Part shown: positions 17,436 to 27,508 of the stretch, one piece after another
Numbering within the stretch: the stretch's first letter is position 1
Layout of the letters: each line of letters starts with the position of its first letter
DNA from: an uncultured Anaerolineae bacterium
GTDB lineage: Bacteria; Chloroflexota; Anaerolineae; Aggregatilineales; J027
Length of the DNA stretch: 64,000 bases
Assembly: GCA_964639245.1 (NCBI GenBank)
Contig: CAZXCU010000021.1
Coordinates: 9,269-73,268, forward strand
Direction of reading: 5' to 3'
Notes under the pieces: model-generated
The model's database searches: none
The model's input: the letters and a program-made list of their open reading frames with translations, nothing else
Told to the model about the DNA's origin: nothing
Made by a program: the position numbers and the translations under genes

Positions 17436-19395
17436 ACTGCACCTCATGTTCCAGTGATTCTGACAGCAAATCCGTAATCTTGATCCGAATTGTGCCAGCA
17501 TCTTCTGGGATAAGATAACGTCCTTCGACTAGATCGTTGTTGTCAGGAATATCAACTAGAGCAGGTTGCAAGACTGCGCCATCATAGTTCCAGTCAATCA
17601 TCACTGACTCGACTAACTCGCGCCAATCTTCTACATTTTCCTGTTGCAGACTGAGCTTTGAGAGCAAATTCATGGGATAGAACTGCTCAATTACCAAATA
17701 GTTGTCCTGGATGACGATTCTTGCTTCTGAGTCACGCTTGAACTGGAGTTCTTGCTTATCACGCAGAATGTCCACCACTTCCACATCCAACACATAAGGG
17801 CTGACTTCTTGTTGAAGGTAGGCAGCTAGCCCCGGCTCATGCCCCATACAAACCAGCGTTATTCTCTCAACCGGGCGAGTGGGATGTTCAGCATGGCGAC
17901 GTTCAAAGGCTTTATAGTCGAAGTTGTTGATAAGTTCATTCAAGTCCTGACGGGTCGCTATGCGATTGACGGGCAGCACTTTAATCATGCGCCCATCTTT
18001 TTCGCCATCGAAGAGATGCCCTGCTTGTAGACGATTAATTTCAAGGGCTTGCAGCAGAATCTCTTTGGCTTCCACTGGGTTGCGAAAAATATCATAATGA
18101 TTGACATTATAAACTTCAAAGCCTGTATAAAAGGACACGATGGGTTCTTCGCCATCCAGCTTCATAAGTTTTTGTTGCTTATTCTGCAATTCGATTTCAA
18201 CAGAGATAAGACGTTTTGTAGTAATTTGAACAGCTCCCAGGTTTATATCTGCGCCAATAAACCGTCGCCCCAATTTCATTGCAACCGATTGAGTTGTGCC
18301 ACTCCCCATAAAGCAATCAAAAACGATGTCTCCCAGATTAGAAGATGCTTTTATAATTCGTTCAAGGAGAATTTCAGGTTTCTGGGTTGGATAACCTTCC
18401 CGCTCACTTGCTTGGGAACTCAGTGCTGATATATCGTCCCATAATGACTGAACTGGAACTCCCATCCCTTCGTCCAAATAGAGTTTTCGGCGCGGCACAT
18501 TATTAGGTGATGTCTGTACCACCAAACCGTTTTCAATAAGCTCTTGCATTTTTTCTTGAGAATATCTCCAATAACGAGTAATTCCCATGACCTCGTATTT
18601 AGGATTACCTTTATCATCACCACCTGGTGCTGTCATACTAATTAACTGATATTTTCTTCCTGTATCTGCTTCAACATACTTATAGAACTGTTCTATGTAT
18701 TCATCCGAATACTCTGTGAACTCTGGATTGAAAGCATAATCTCCCCCTTTTCTGTAGAAGAATAGCGTATCCGTGTTTGCGCCCCAGAACCTGCTACCTT
18801 GTCCAACATTTCCTTTAACCGTGTTAGCTCTTTTCCAAACAATCTCATTAAGAAATTTATCTTTCCCAAATATTTCATCTAATATGCATCTCAAATAATG
18901 GCTTTGATGCCAATCACAATGAAGGTAAAGCGACCCTGAATCAGAAAGCAATTCTCTAATCAAGATTAGTCGTTCATACATAAATTGAAGATATGCATCG
19001 TTCGTCCAAATATCAGAATATTGCTTTTCCTCAAAAACATTATGGTCATTAGAGGCTGTATTTCCTCGTAGTGCTATTGATTTCTTGTAAGCCGCCTTTG
19101 AATCGAATGGAGGGTCAATATAAACAAGTTGTATTTTTTCTCTATATTCCTTTAATAAATGGCTCATCACCTGAAGGTTGTCCCCCCAGTAAATTTTGTT
19201 ACGCCAGCCATTTATGGCTTCACCATAAGTTTCCTTATGCTGGGCAGGGTAATATTGGGTTGATATGAAAGGGCGTTTGCCATGCCAATTCAGCATTGGG
19301 TAGCCTTTAATCGGTTCAAACCGATATTCCTCTACATTATCAAGCTGCCCTGTATTTTTCAGCCCAAGTTCTTGCTGGCGTGCGTCGTTGCTCAT
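17428..19395 (-). CDS. mod: Type III R-M Mod subunit (beta-class N6-adenine/N4-cytosine DNA methyltransferase)
   Basis: Motif IV VYIDPPFDS lies upstream of SAM motif I FDCFMGSGTT. Start ATG 19395 forms an ATGA overlap with the stop of the upstream helicase gene. Confidence 0.85.
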   Translation of the reverse strand: MSNDARQQELGLKNTGQLDNVEEYRFEPIKGYPMLNWHGKRPFISTQYYPAQHKETYGEAINGWRNKIYWGDNLQVMSHLLKEYREKIQLVYIDPPFDSKAAYKKSIALRGNTASNDHNVFEEKQYSDIWTNDAYLQFMYERLILIRELLSDSGSLYLHCDWHQSHYLRCILDEIFGKDKFLNEIVWKRANTVKGNVGQGSRFWGANTDTLFFYRKGGDYAFNPEFTEYSDEYIEQFYKYVEADTGRKYQLISMTAPGGDDKGNPKYEVMGITRYWRYSQEKMQELIENGLVVQTSPNNVPRRKLYLDEGMGVPVQSLWDDISALSSQASEREGYPTQKPEILLERIIKASSNLGDIVFDCFMGSGTTQSVAMKLGRRFIGADINLGAVQITTKRLISVEIELQNKQQKLMKLDGEEPIVSFYTGFEVYNVNHYDIFRNPVEAKEILLQALEINRLQAGHLFDGEKDGRMIKVLPVNRIATRQDLNELINNFDYKAFERRHAEHPTRPVERITLVCMGHEPGLAAYLQQEVSPYVLDVEVVDILRDKQELQFKRDSEARIVIQDNYLVIEQFYPMNLLSKLSLQQENVEDWRELVESVMIDWNYDGAVLQPALVDIPDNNDLVEGRYLIPEDAGTIRIKITDLLSESLEHEVQYG

Positions 19396-22307
19396 GGCTT
19401 GCTCCTGAATTTCCAATTCTTTGCATCACAGTAGTGGCGGATGTCACATGCTTCACAGAGTTTATGAGGGCGTTCCGGGATGGCAAAGTCTTTTGCCTCA
19501 ATCCGTTGAACTACTGCATCAAATGTTGCGATAGTTCTTTCTATCGAACGATTATCTTTGTCGAAAGTGATATAGGGATTGCCAGATTCCTCACCAGTAT
19601 AATACAGATGTGTCTGGCTGACGGTAAGCCCAGTTCGCTGTTCAACAATATGAGCATACACTTCAAGCTGGCGACGGTATTGATCTAATTTCTCCCGATC
19701 TTTCGGGTCGTTGACATCGAGCTTGCGCTCGGATTTGAAGTCTACCAATTCGACGGTATCCCCCTCACCTGCGATCAAGTCTACCTTGCCACTGAGGATA
19801 TAATCATCCTTCACCAGCGAAACATCCACCTCAGCTTCACGAATATATGACCAGTCCTTCTTGTTTGTCCAGTAGTAACGAATCACATGACTGAGCGCAA
19901 TATCTTTCACATTAGGAGCAAGGTAAACCTTCTCCTTTTTAGTGAGATAGGTATAGTTGGTGTCAAACCAGCTAGCCACCTGATCTTCTGTTATCTTATG
20001 CTGTTCTCCCCGCAGCACTGCCTTATGAATGTCCTCTATCGTCTGGTGGACTAATGTACCGAACAAAATAGGGTTCTTTCGGACAGCAGCAAATTCCAAT
20101 TCTCTAAAGAAACGGTACTGTTCGGCGCAGTTTTCGTAGACAGTTAAATGACTGGTAAAGGAGTAATCTTTCTTGAGGTTAACCTCTTTCACCAGTTCTA
20201 GTGGAATTGCCGCCAGATTTACTGATGGGTGGCGCCATGATGGGAGATGATTGTAGTAATCTGCAAAATAGGCAGAGGGAGTTCGTCCTCTACCGTCAAT
20301 CTCAAGGGCAGTCAAAACCAGGAGGTTTTGAGCGCGAGAGAATGCTGTATAGTACAGTCGCCGAAAATCATAAAACTTGGTTTGAGACAATGGTTCAAAT
20401 GGTGGGCGGGCGAGATAACCATTTTCCAGTTTTTCATCTAGGTCAGAATACTGCTTGCGCGGTACAGCCTTCAACGACCCGACAATTACTACTGGAAATT
20501 CTAATCCCTTCGATTGATGGATAGTCAGGAAGGAAACATGCCCGCTTGGTGCATATTCAGTTTCATCCTCGTATTCATTGATTCCCCCATCTTTCAAAAA
20601 GCGGAAAAATTGGTTAAATAAATCACGGATGTTTTTGTCTAAATAGTCAGGTGTGAATACACTCAGGTGATGCAGATACTCATATTTGTTAAGCATCTGC
20701 GAAAACAATCCTAGATTCCGCATAGGCCGGCTGTCGAGCAACCGACTCTGCAATAAATGCTCATCCAAGTAGCGACTAAACAAGGGAAAACGTAGTAGTT
20801 CATAGAACAATCCCGAAAATCCATAATCGGCATTGCGTGTTAAGGCTTTGTGTTGAAGGGCTTTTTGCCGCGCCCATTTGAGTAAATCTGCGTTCTCAGA
20901 TTTTCGTAGTTCATCCGCAAAGGCTTTGAAACAGTCATTATCGTAGTAGTCCCATATATCAAGATGGGCATCGGATTTCCATTTTCTCACAGTGGGGAAC
21001 TGGGGAAATAGAAAGATCAAAGCCCCAATCATCAAGCGTACTTCTTCACGGTCAAAGAATTGATTTGCGCGTGGTGAATAAACCGGGATACCATTCCCCT
21101 CTAAGTATTCTGCAAGACGGCGAACCTCTTCACTTTTTACAGATCGGAATAAAAAAGCGATTTGGTTCCAGTCAGTTAGATGACCAGCATCGCGTAAAGC
21201 ATGGAGAAATGCAAGAATTTCTTCATGCCAAGCTGCTTCTGTTTTGCCAGCCACTTTCATGACTGCTGGGGTATCAGGGAATACTGTTTGACGCGGAATA
21301 ATCCTTTTGTTGTAGCGAAATACCTGCCCTTGATGTTGCCAGTCTTGCCCAGCAATCCAATGATTATAGAAATCAATAATATCTTTATGAGAACGATAGT
21401 TGGTTTCGAGAGCAACCTGTTTGCACTGCCCATCAGGGTATTTGTCTTTGAACTGTAGAATATTCCGAATGGTCGCTCCGCGAAAACGATAAAGCCCTTG
21501 GTCGTCGTCACCCACCACGCAGATATTTGGATAGTCTTCTTTAGTCAGTTCAAGTAAGATAAGTTCTTGAATAGTATTGGTATCTTGATATTCATCTACC
21601 ATCAGGTACGCAATTTTTGAGCGCACCTCATCCCGAATTTTAGGATGATCTTTTAGTAGTCGTAGGGCTTCAAACTGTATAGTTGAGAAATCAAGTGCGT
21701 TTGCCTCTTCAAGCTGCTCACGATAAAGAATCGCACAATGACCTAATGCTTGTATTTCTTCATCAGGTGAGGTAGTCAGGTTATGCGGCTCTAACGCTTC
21801 TTCACTGACAACATTTATCCATTTCAAGAGATTCTCTGTTCTCTGCCATGAGTTTGTGTTTTCACGATTCCCCGTAATATGTTCAACGCCTTCAATACCA
21901 TCATACATATTTAGTCGCTGATAGAGAAAATACTGCTGGTCAAACTGATCCATCATCATAAAATTACGTTTCAGCCGGGTGAATTCACGATGTTCTTGCA
22001 ACCACCGCAGGCAGATTGAATGAAATGTCCCAAGATACATTTCGTTTAGATTAAAACGCACGCCAATTTCGTTGAGCCGGTTGGAAATGCGGGTTGTCAG
22101 TTCTTGAGCTGCCTTATCAGTAAAAGTTACAACCATTAGCTGCTCAGGGGTCACATTGGTCTGCGTAATCAAATAAACAATGCGCTCCACCAGAGTGAAA
22201 GTCTTTCCTGATCCAGGGCCAGCAATAATTAGCAAAGGTCCCTCTGTAGTTGTGATAGCTTCACGTTGTTGCGGATTGGCTCCAGGAGCTATGGGGGCAT
22301 TGGTCAT
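19392..22307 (-). CDS. UvrD/PcrA-like SF1 helicase fused to a Cas4/AddB-like PD-(D/E)xK Fe-S nuclease
   Basis: N-terminal QREAI...IIAGPGSGKTFTL. C-terminal NCAEQY, VELVDFKSERK (DxK) and LCEACDIRHYC, which together form a C...CxxCxxxxxC cluster. Confidence 0.8.
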   Translation of the reverse strand: MTNAPIAPGANPQQREAITTTEGPLLIIAGPGSGKTFTLVERIVYLITQTNVTPEQLMVVTFTDKAAQELTTRISNRLNEIGVRFNLNEMYLGTFHSICLRWLQEHREFTRLKRNFMMMDQFDQQYFLYQRLNMYDGIEGVEHITGNRENTNSWQRTENLLKWINVVSEEALEPHNLTTSPDEEIQALGHCAILYREQLEEANALDFSTIQFEALRLLKDHPKIRDEVRSKIAYLMVDEYQDTNTIQELILLELTKEDYPNICVVGDDDQGLYRFRGATIRNILQFKDKYPDGQCKQVALETNYRSHKDIIDFYNHWIAGQDWQHQGQVFRYNKRIIPRQTVFPDTPAVMKVAGKTEAAWHEEILAFLHALRDAGHLTDWNQIAFLFRSVKSEEVRRLAEYLEGNGIPVYSPRANQFFDREEVRLMIGALIFLFPQFPTVRKWKSDAHLDIWDYYDNDCFKAFADELRKSENADLLKWARQKALQHKALTRNADYGFSGLFYELLRFPLFSRYLDEHLLQSRLLDSRPMRNLGLFSQMLNKYEYLHHLSVFTPDYLDKNIRDLFNQFFRFLKDGGINEYEDETEYAPSGHVSFLTIHQSKGLEFPVVIVGSLKAVPRKQYSDLDEKLENGYLARPPFEPLSQTKFYDFRRLYYTAFSRAQNLLVLTALEIDGRGRTPSAYFADYYNHLPSWRHPSVNLAAIPLELVKEVNLKKDYSFTSHLTVYENCAEQYRFFRELEFAAVRKNPILFGTLVHQTIEDIHKAVLRGEQHKITEDQVASWFDTNYTYLTKKEKVYLAPNVKDIALSHVIRYYWTNKKDWSYIREAEVDVSLVKDDYILSGKVDLIAGEGDTVELVDFKSERKLDVNDPKDREKLDQYRRQLEVYAHIVEQRTGLTVSQTHLYYTGEESGNPYITFDKDNRSIERTIATFDAVVQRIEAKDFAIPERPHKLCEACDIRHYCDAKNWKFRSKP

Positions 22308-22492
22308 GATTCAAATTCCCTGATTTTATGCTCTTTAATTTTACTAAATTCACCAGCAGACAGAGACACAGGATTTCGCTGATGACATAAAATTATCTTA
22401 GGGTAAAAATATACTACATATATTACTACTTTACACACTGCTCAGGTAGAATAAATTGATAGATGACTAGACAACTATACTAGGAACTATCA
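22308..22492. promoter_or_regulatory. AT-rich divergent intergenic region (probable promoters for the helicase-mod-res operon and the four-gene cassette)
   Basis: Assigned on position only. A TAGAAT -10-like hexamer lies at 22447-22452. Direct repeats ATATACTAC / ATATATTACTAC lie at 22409-22429. No convincing -35 element. Confidence 0.4.
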
Positions 22493-23377
22493 ATGGCTTT
22501 CCAGTTTAAGTTTGAATCCCTCTCTGGCTTTCAGGATATAGAGAATTTCTATCAAGAATTTGCATATCAACTGCTAAAGGAATATCCCCATGAAGCAGAA
22601 TTTGATCTAGAAATTATTGAATTTATTACCCCTGAAGCCCTTTTGTCACTATTATGTGCTAGTCAGTATTGGAAGATAAAAAAAGGCTTTCCTGTGAAAT
22701 GGATTGTGAATGAGCGGGTATTAGCTTATTTGGAACGTGTTGATGTCATGCGTGTGTTTGCTGATGCAATTGTCTTTGACAAGTTGCCTAATGAAAAATG
22801 GACACGTAGCTCAAGTTTGTCAGTAATGGAGATCCGTGAAATTAGTCATGAGCCTGAACAAAATAGCTATGATGTTTCAGCCACTATTACAGCCGCAAAC
22901 CACTTCCTTTTGGGGCGGGTAACTACAAAGCAGTTGGGAAGCGCAAGCACTTTACTCAGTGAAATCACACAAAATGTCATTCATAGCAGAAGCATAGGTT
23001 ATGCATTTGCTCAGGCGTATCATGCCAATCAAGGAAGTCGGGTTCATCTAGGCGTGATTGATATTGGTGTAGGGATTGCTACGTCCCTTTCATCCAAATA
23101 TCCTGATGTTGCGAAGCCTTCGGACTACTTACGCCTATCATTGGAGTCAGGCATCACTTCAAGTTCTTCAAGCAATGGGTTAGGTTTATTTCATGTGCGG
23201 AATATTGTTCAACAAGGAAAGGGGATTCTAGTTATTCGCTCTGGAACAGCTTTGCTCCAAATACATGATGAGCGTTTCAATCAATGGGATAATCTTGCAG
23301 AAATCCCTGGAACTCAAGTCTATATAGCCATGTGGGGTAGCCATGAAAAAGGAAAATGGGAATACCCCTTGTCTTGA
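22493..23377 (+). CDS. STAS-like N-terminal domain + minimal GHKL ATPase (RsbW/SpoIIAB-type kinase-like) protein
   Basis: N-box SEITQNVIHS, G1 VIDIGVGI and G2 SNGLGLFHV. No DHp/H-box is present. The N-terminal ~100 aa (FDLEIIEFITPEALLSLLCAS...VLAYLERVDVMRVF) resemble a STAS antagonist fold. Confidence 0.65.
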   Translation: MAFQFKFESLSGFQDIENFYQEFAYQLLKEYPHEAEFDLEIIEFITPEALLSLLCASQYWKIKKGFPVKWIVNERVLAYLERVDVMRVFADAIVFDKLPNEKWTRSSSLSVMEIREISHEPEQNSYDVSATITAANHFLLGRVTTKQLGSASTLLSEITQNVIHSRSIGYAFAQAYHANQGSRVHLGVIDIGVGIATSLSSKYPDVAKPSDYLRLSLESGITSSSSSNGLGLFHVRNIVQQGKGILVIRSGTALLQIHDERFNQWDNLAEIPGTQVYIAMWGSHEKGKWEYPLS

Positions 23378-23398
23378 GTATAGAATGAGTATATACTA

Positions 23399-23430
23399 CC
23401 CTTAAGCAAAAGATGCTTAAGGGTTATTTT
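23399..23430 (+). promoter_or_regulatory. Perfect 9-bp stem-loop with T-rich tail, covering the SD of and abutting the TTG start of the next gene
   Basis: Stem cccttaagc (23399-23407), loop aaaagat, stem gcttaaggg (23415-23423), then ttatttt. AAGGG lies within the 3' stem and the TTG start is at 23429. Confidence 0.6.
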
Positions 23431-24022
23431 GGAAATTCTACGAATTACCAACTTGGTGCAATCCATTACTAGAGAGCCCTCAGTACTAGCAACTCGCTTT
23501 ACTGGGAAGCGTTTTTGGGATGAATTTCAGAAACAACTCTCCCTTTACGACAGGGGAGATGTTGTACTACTTTCATTTGATAACATATTGGTAATGGATG
23601 CATCATTTGCGGATGAGGTATTTGGGCAGATAGCTGTAATGCGAGCTAGGAAGGAATACGAATACCCCTACTTGATCTTGGCAGACCTAAATGAAACTTG
23701 TGAAGAGAACCTGCAAATGGCACTCGTTACTCGAATCGAGCGTGAGCCAAATGATAAGCCACATATACGAAATTGTGTTCTGGTAATAAAAAAAGGTGAA
23801 AGACTTGAATTGGCAGGAAAATATGAAAGTCATGTTCAAGAAACCTTCTCAGTACTTGCAAGTCGCAAAGAACTATCTGCACGCGAATTGGCTGACACAT
23901 TAAAGATCAGCTTAAATGCTGCAAGCACAAGATTAAAAACAATTGCAGATCTGGGGTTAGCAAAACGAGTTGATCTTCGAGATGCACAAGGAAAGCAATA
24001 CATTTACCATCCATTAGTCTAA
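23429..24022 (+). CDS. STAS-like (DUF4325-type) domain + C-terminal winged-HTH protein
   Basis: TTG start taken from the track. VLLSFDNILVMDASFADEVFGQI matches the DUF4325/STAS pattern as I recall it. C-terminal wHTH: LSARELADTLKISLNAASTRLKTIADLGLAKRV. Confidence 0.6.
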   Translation: MEILRITNLVQSITREPSVLATRFTGKRFWDEFQKQLSLYDRGDVVLLSFDNILVMDASFADEVFGQIAVMRARKEYEYPYLILADLNETCEENLQMALVTRIEREPNDKPHIRNCVLVIKKGERLELAGKYESHVQETFSVLASRKELSARELADTLKISLNAASTRLKTIADLGLAKRVDLRDAQGKQYIYHPLV

Positions 24023-24061
24023 ATTTTGTCAATGAGTTAAGCAGAATTTGCTGAGGTGATA

Positions 24062-27000
24062 ATGAGCAACAACTACTTTGAATACTACCGACGTACAATT
24101 GAATCACATCAAACAGGCTTGAAACTGGTTGGCGGCGGAACGGGTTTAGGCAAAACCAGTAGTATTCCAAATGCAGTGATGAAAGCGATCCCTGCCAATC
24201 GCAAAGGAATATATGTAGCGAACCGTACCCAATTGCTTCATGAAATGGCTGATACTACTGATCCAAATTTTGCCATTATTTTGCCTCGTGATTTGGATGT
24301 AGTACGGACTGTGATCAGTAGTAACCATCGTTCAGCTTTTGACGAGTTGCTACGCAATTCTATATTTCAGGCATACACTGATAAGCTTGATCTCAACAAA
24401 GTATATCGTGCCATCAAAACTCTCGATGAAATTTTTGGACCGACCGATTCAAGTATGCTACCGAGTTGGCAAGAGCAAGTAGCAGAAGAGTATTCAAGGC
24501 AGATTCTTAAAGCCTTTCGGACTGTAATTCTTACAGCCAAAAATCGGTCTAAGTCGGACTATAACAAGCTATTAGATCATGATATTGTCCATAAATTGTT
24601 TCCGTTCATTGCATTCAAACGGAAAATGACTGTGAGGTTACTGCTGGTCACGCTGCATAAGCTATTTTATGGCTTCTTCGATGGTGAAAAAACCATCACT
24701 GCCAATCATCTTAAAGGCTATGTAATCTTTGCAGACGAATTTGATTTTCTAGAGAATGATCTTATCCAATTGATTGCTCAGTCACGACAAATCGAGGATG
24801 TATTTCGATTTGTAGAGTATTTTTATCGTGAAATGCAGCGCCACAAAATGAGGTTGGAGAACTACCCTGTATCAGGTTCGCCTGACATTACACGGCGTAT
24901 CAGAAAGATCATGAATGAAATTGATCTGCTTCACGCTGAAAATATCAACTATCCCGATATTAATCAATTCATCAGTACAGAAGCACCAAATGATATAGCG
25001 ATCTTCCGAACAAGCCACACAGTAAGCTCCTCACCAGTTTACTTATGTCAGACAGAGCGAGCCTTCAACATCGTCAGTGATCCAACAATCTGTTCAGATA
25101 AAGTGTTTAGCGCGAGACGGTTGTTTACAGCAGTATCAGCCATCAGTGAACAGATTCTAACTCTGCTAAAGGAAATTGAGGTAGAAGACCCCGCAACACA
25201 TCAGGGAATCATTAATGATGCTTATAGAAACACTGTCTTCCCATCTCAAATTCAACAAGTATCACAATTCCCCCGCCGTCGTCCACCACAATCAACACGA
25301 CTAGGGGCACTCTTAGATGCTGGCTACAGCATGTATGATATTCACTATATTGCAAAAGCAACTGACCCTGAAGAAGTGGAGCTTCGGAATTATGCGATAT
25401 ATACTACCCCTGAGAAATTTATAAGCACATTAGCCGAGAAGAACCTTGTCTTTGCCCTATCCGCCACAGCAGACATCCACCGCTGTGTCAACAACTTTAA
25501 TCTGCATTGGTTGGGCGCAAAAGATGGTATTAACCTTCTGCTGCCAGATGAACGGGATGCACAAGATGTTAGTGCTTTAAATAATGAGAAGGCAGCTATT
25601 CGCGGGAATCAGCTTGAGGTAATCCGGCTTAAAGAATTGGATAATCGTCAATCCCTAGACAAGCAAATACGCCGCTTTATTGCAACAGCTTTCCAAACAG
25701 AACAATTTACAAATGATACAAAAGGCGGACACCTTAAGCGTCGTGTAGAACGATTCTTTAGTAGCCTGCTTATTGCCTGTGAAAGAAGCATTTTAAGCGA
25801 GGAAATTCAATCTCATCTGTTCTTTCTCAATACATATCGTGACATAGAACAGCTATTTAAGAATGAAATGCTGCATATAGCTCCGTTTTATAAAATTCGT
25901 CCTTTATTGGAGCGCAAGTTATTTACTGCCTATGAACTTGACATCAACAATCAGACGTTTGTAGTCGTTTTCTACAATGCAGAACAAGCCAAGCGCATTC
26001 GGCAAACGGCAGGTGCCAAGAATGAATTTAACCAGCTCTTTCATACAGAGTTGCCTGTGGTAGTGGTAACACAATACCTAACCGCAGGTAATGGCGTTAA
26101 CATTCAGTATGAACTTCAAGACGGAACTGAGCGTGATTTCCTAAATCTATATCTCTTAGAAGTTCCATATTTCTACTTCAGCAATGGTTCCGAAGATGAT
26201 ACAGATGAAGAGCGAATAGCAAAGTTGAAAGAAAACCTATGGTATCTTGCAAAGCTCCATTCAGAAAAATATCTGAGTGAGCAGGAGTTTCGCGCTAAAC
26301 TCAGCACGCTGCATAAGCCAAATGATTGGAACAATACATACCAGCATCATCCACGCATGTCGCATGATTATCTACTCAATACAATCGCTTCATTAATTCA
26401 AGCAATGGGGCGAATTGAACGTGTCTGGAAACCAATTCCAGATCAATCAGTTGTGTTATGTCGTGAAGCGTACCACGCTTTTCAGCAGTTTCTTGGTCCC
26501 GAATTTGATGATCTGCGTTACATACGTGAACCAATGATTTCTCATAATCTACAAACCCTGCTGGCAAAGATAGAGGAACAAATTCCGCAACAAGAACGTA
26601 TGGCTCGGCGAAAACAAGATGCCCGACTTGCAGAGCTTAATGAAGTATGCAAACGAAATATTACTCAGTTTATCGAACGCTTTGATACGATACGTAGTCA
26701 AGCGGATAAAGGAAAATTGCGCCAGATATGGCGTAGACTACGCATTGCGGCACTCCGCCACGATTTCGCGGATAATACTCTTCAAGAGTGGTCGGCTGTA
26801 TATAACTCGCCTAATGTTCACAACGGCGAAGTTTATCTGAGTCCCGATTATGAGTCGTTACCTATCAACCACGACCAGCCAGATTCTAGAGCTTGGCGGC
26901 TAAATGCTGTTTATGATGTTGTTAGCGACAACCATACTATTCGTGAATACTTTGCAAAACATGGATATGAATTTGACTTCGATATGGACGGGCAAAATTG

Positions 27001-27508
27001 TTTTGTGCCTTATTTTCACCAAGCAATCTTGTCGGGTGCTATAGGCGAAGAAGCAATTACAGCACTTCTAAATGCAAAAGGTATTCCTATTGAGGATTTA
27101 TCAGATGAGCTATTTGAAATTGCTGACATCAAAGTTGTAAACAAGCCATGGTACATTGACTGCAAAAATTATTCCGACTCAACAATGGAACGATTTTTGT
27201 TAGGACCTGATGATGCTGGTTTCTACCATAAATTCACAGGACACTACTTTACAAAGAGAGCCATTGAGAAATGGAGACTAATTGTAGAGTATGAAAACCA
27301 ACCCAGTCGTCTGCTATTTATCAACACGGCAACGCTCCAAGAGCGCCCATTACAGTATTATCGTTGCACTACATCTGAGTTAGTACCTGTTACCCATTAT
27401 AGGGATGCAGATATTGTTATCCTCCAGGGGGCACTCGTGTCCGACCACGCGAATCAATATCATCCATCTTTTGATCGCCTATTAAACGATATGGAGAATG
27501 AGTTATGA
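24062..27508 (+). CDS. DinG/XPD-like SF2 helicase fused to a C-terminal PD-(D/E)xK nuclease domain
   Basis: The GAGG SD favours ATG 24062 over GTG 24056. Motif I GGGTGLGKTS, II IFADEFDF, III LSATAD, V-like TAGNGVNI and VI QAMGRIERV. C-terminal GEEAI...FEIADIKV...WYIDCKNY. Confidence 0.7.
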   Translation: MSNNYFEYYRRTIESHQTGLKLVGGGTGLGKTSSIPNAVMKAIPANRKGIYVANRTQLLHEMADTTDPNFAIILPRDLDVVRTVISSNHRSAFDELLRNSIFQAYTDKLDLNKVYRAIKTLDEIFGPTDSSMLPSWQEQVAEEYSRQILKAFRTVILTAKNRSKSDYNKLLDHDIVHKLFPFIAFKRKMTVRLLLVTLHKLFYGFFDGEKTITANHLKGYVIFADEFDFLENDLIQLIAQSRQIEDVFRFVEYFYREMQRHKMRLENYPVSGSPDITRRIRKIMNEIDLLHAENINYPDINQFISTEAPNDIAIFRTSHTVSSSPVYLCQTERAFNIVSDPTICSDKVFSARRLFTAVSAISEQILTLLKEIEVEDPATHQGIINDAYRNTVFPSQIQQVSQFPRRRPPQSTRLGALLDAGYSMYDIHYIAKATDPEEVELRNYAIYTTPEKFISTLAEKNLVFALSATADIHRCVNNFNLHWLGAKDGINLLLPDERDAQDVSALNNEKAAIRGNQLEVIRLKELDNRQSLDKQIRRFIATAFQTEQFTNDTKGGHLKRRVERFFSSLLIACERSILSEEIQSHLFFLNTYRDIEQLFKNEMLHIAPFYKIRPLLERKLFTAYELDINNQTFVVVFYNAEQAKRIRQTAGAKNEFNQLFHTELPVVVVTQYLTAGNGVNIQYELQDGTERDFLNLYLLEVPYFYFSNGSEDDTDEERIAKLKENLWYLAKLHSEKYLSEQEFRAKLSTLHKPNDWNNTYQHHPRMSHDYLLNTIASLIQAMGRIERVWKPIPDQSVVLCREAYHAFQQFLGPEFDDLRYIREPMISHNLQTLLAKIEEQIPQQERMARRKQDARLAELNEVCKRNITQFIERFDTIRSQADKGKLRQIWRRLRIAALRHDFADNTLQEWSAVYNSPNVHNGEVYLSPDYESLPINHDQPDSRAWRLNAVYDVVSDNHTIREYFAKHGYEFDFDMDGQNCFVPYFHQAILSGAIGEEAITALLNAKGIPIEDLSDELFEIADIKVVNKPWYIDCKNYSDSTMERFLLGPDDAGFYHKFTGHYFTKRAIEKWRLIVEYENQPSRLLFINTATLQERPLQYYRCTTSELVPVTHYRDADIVILQGALVSDHANQYHPSFDRLLNDMENEL

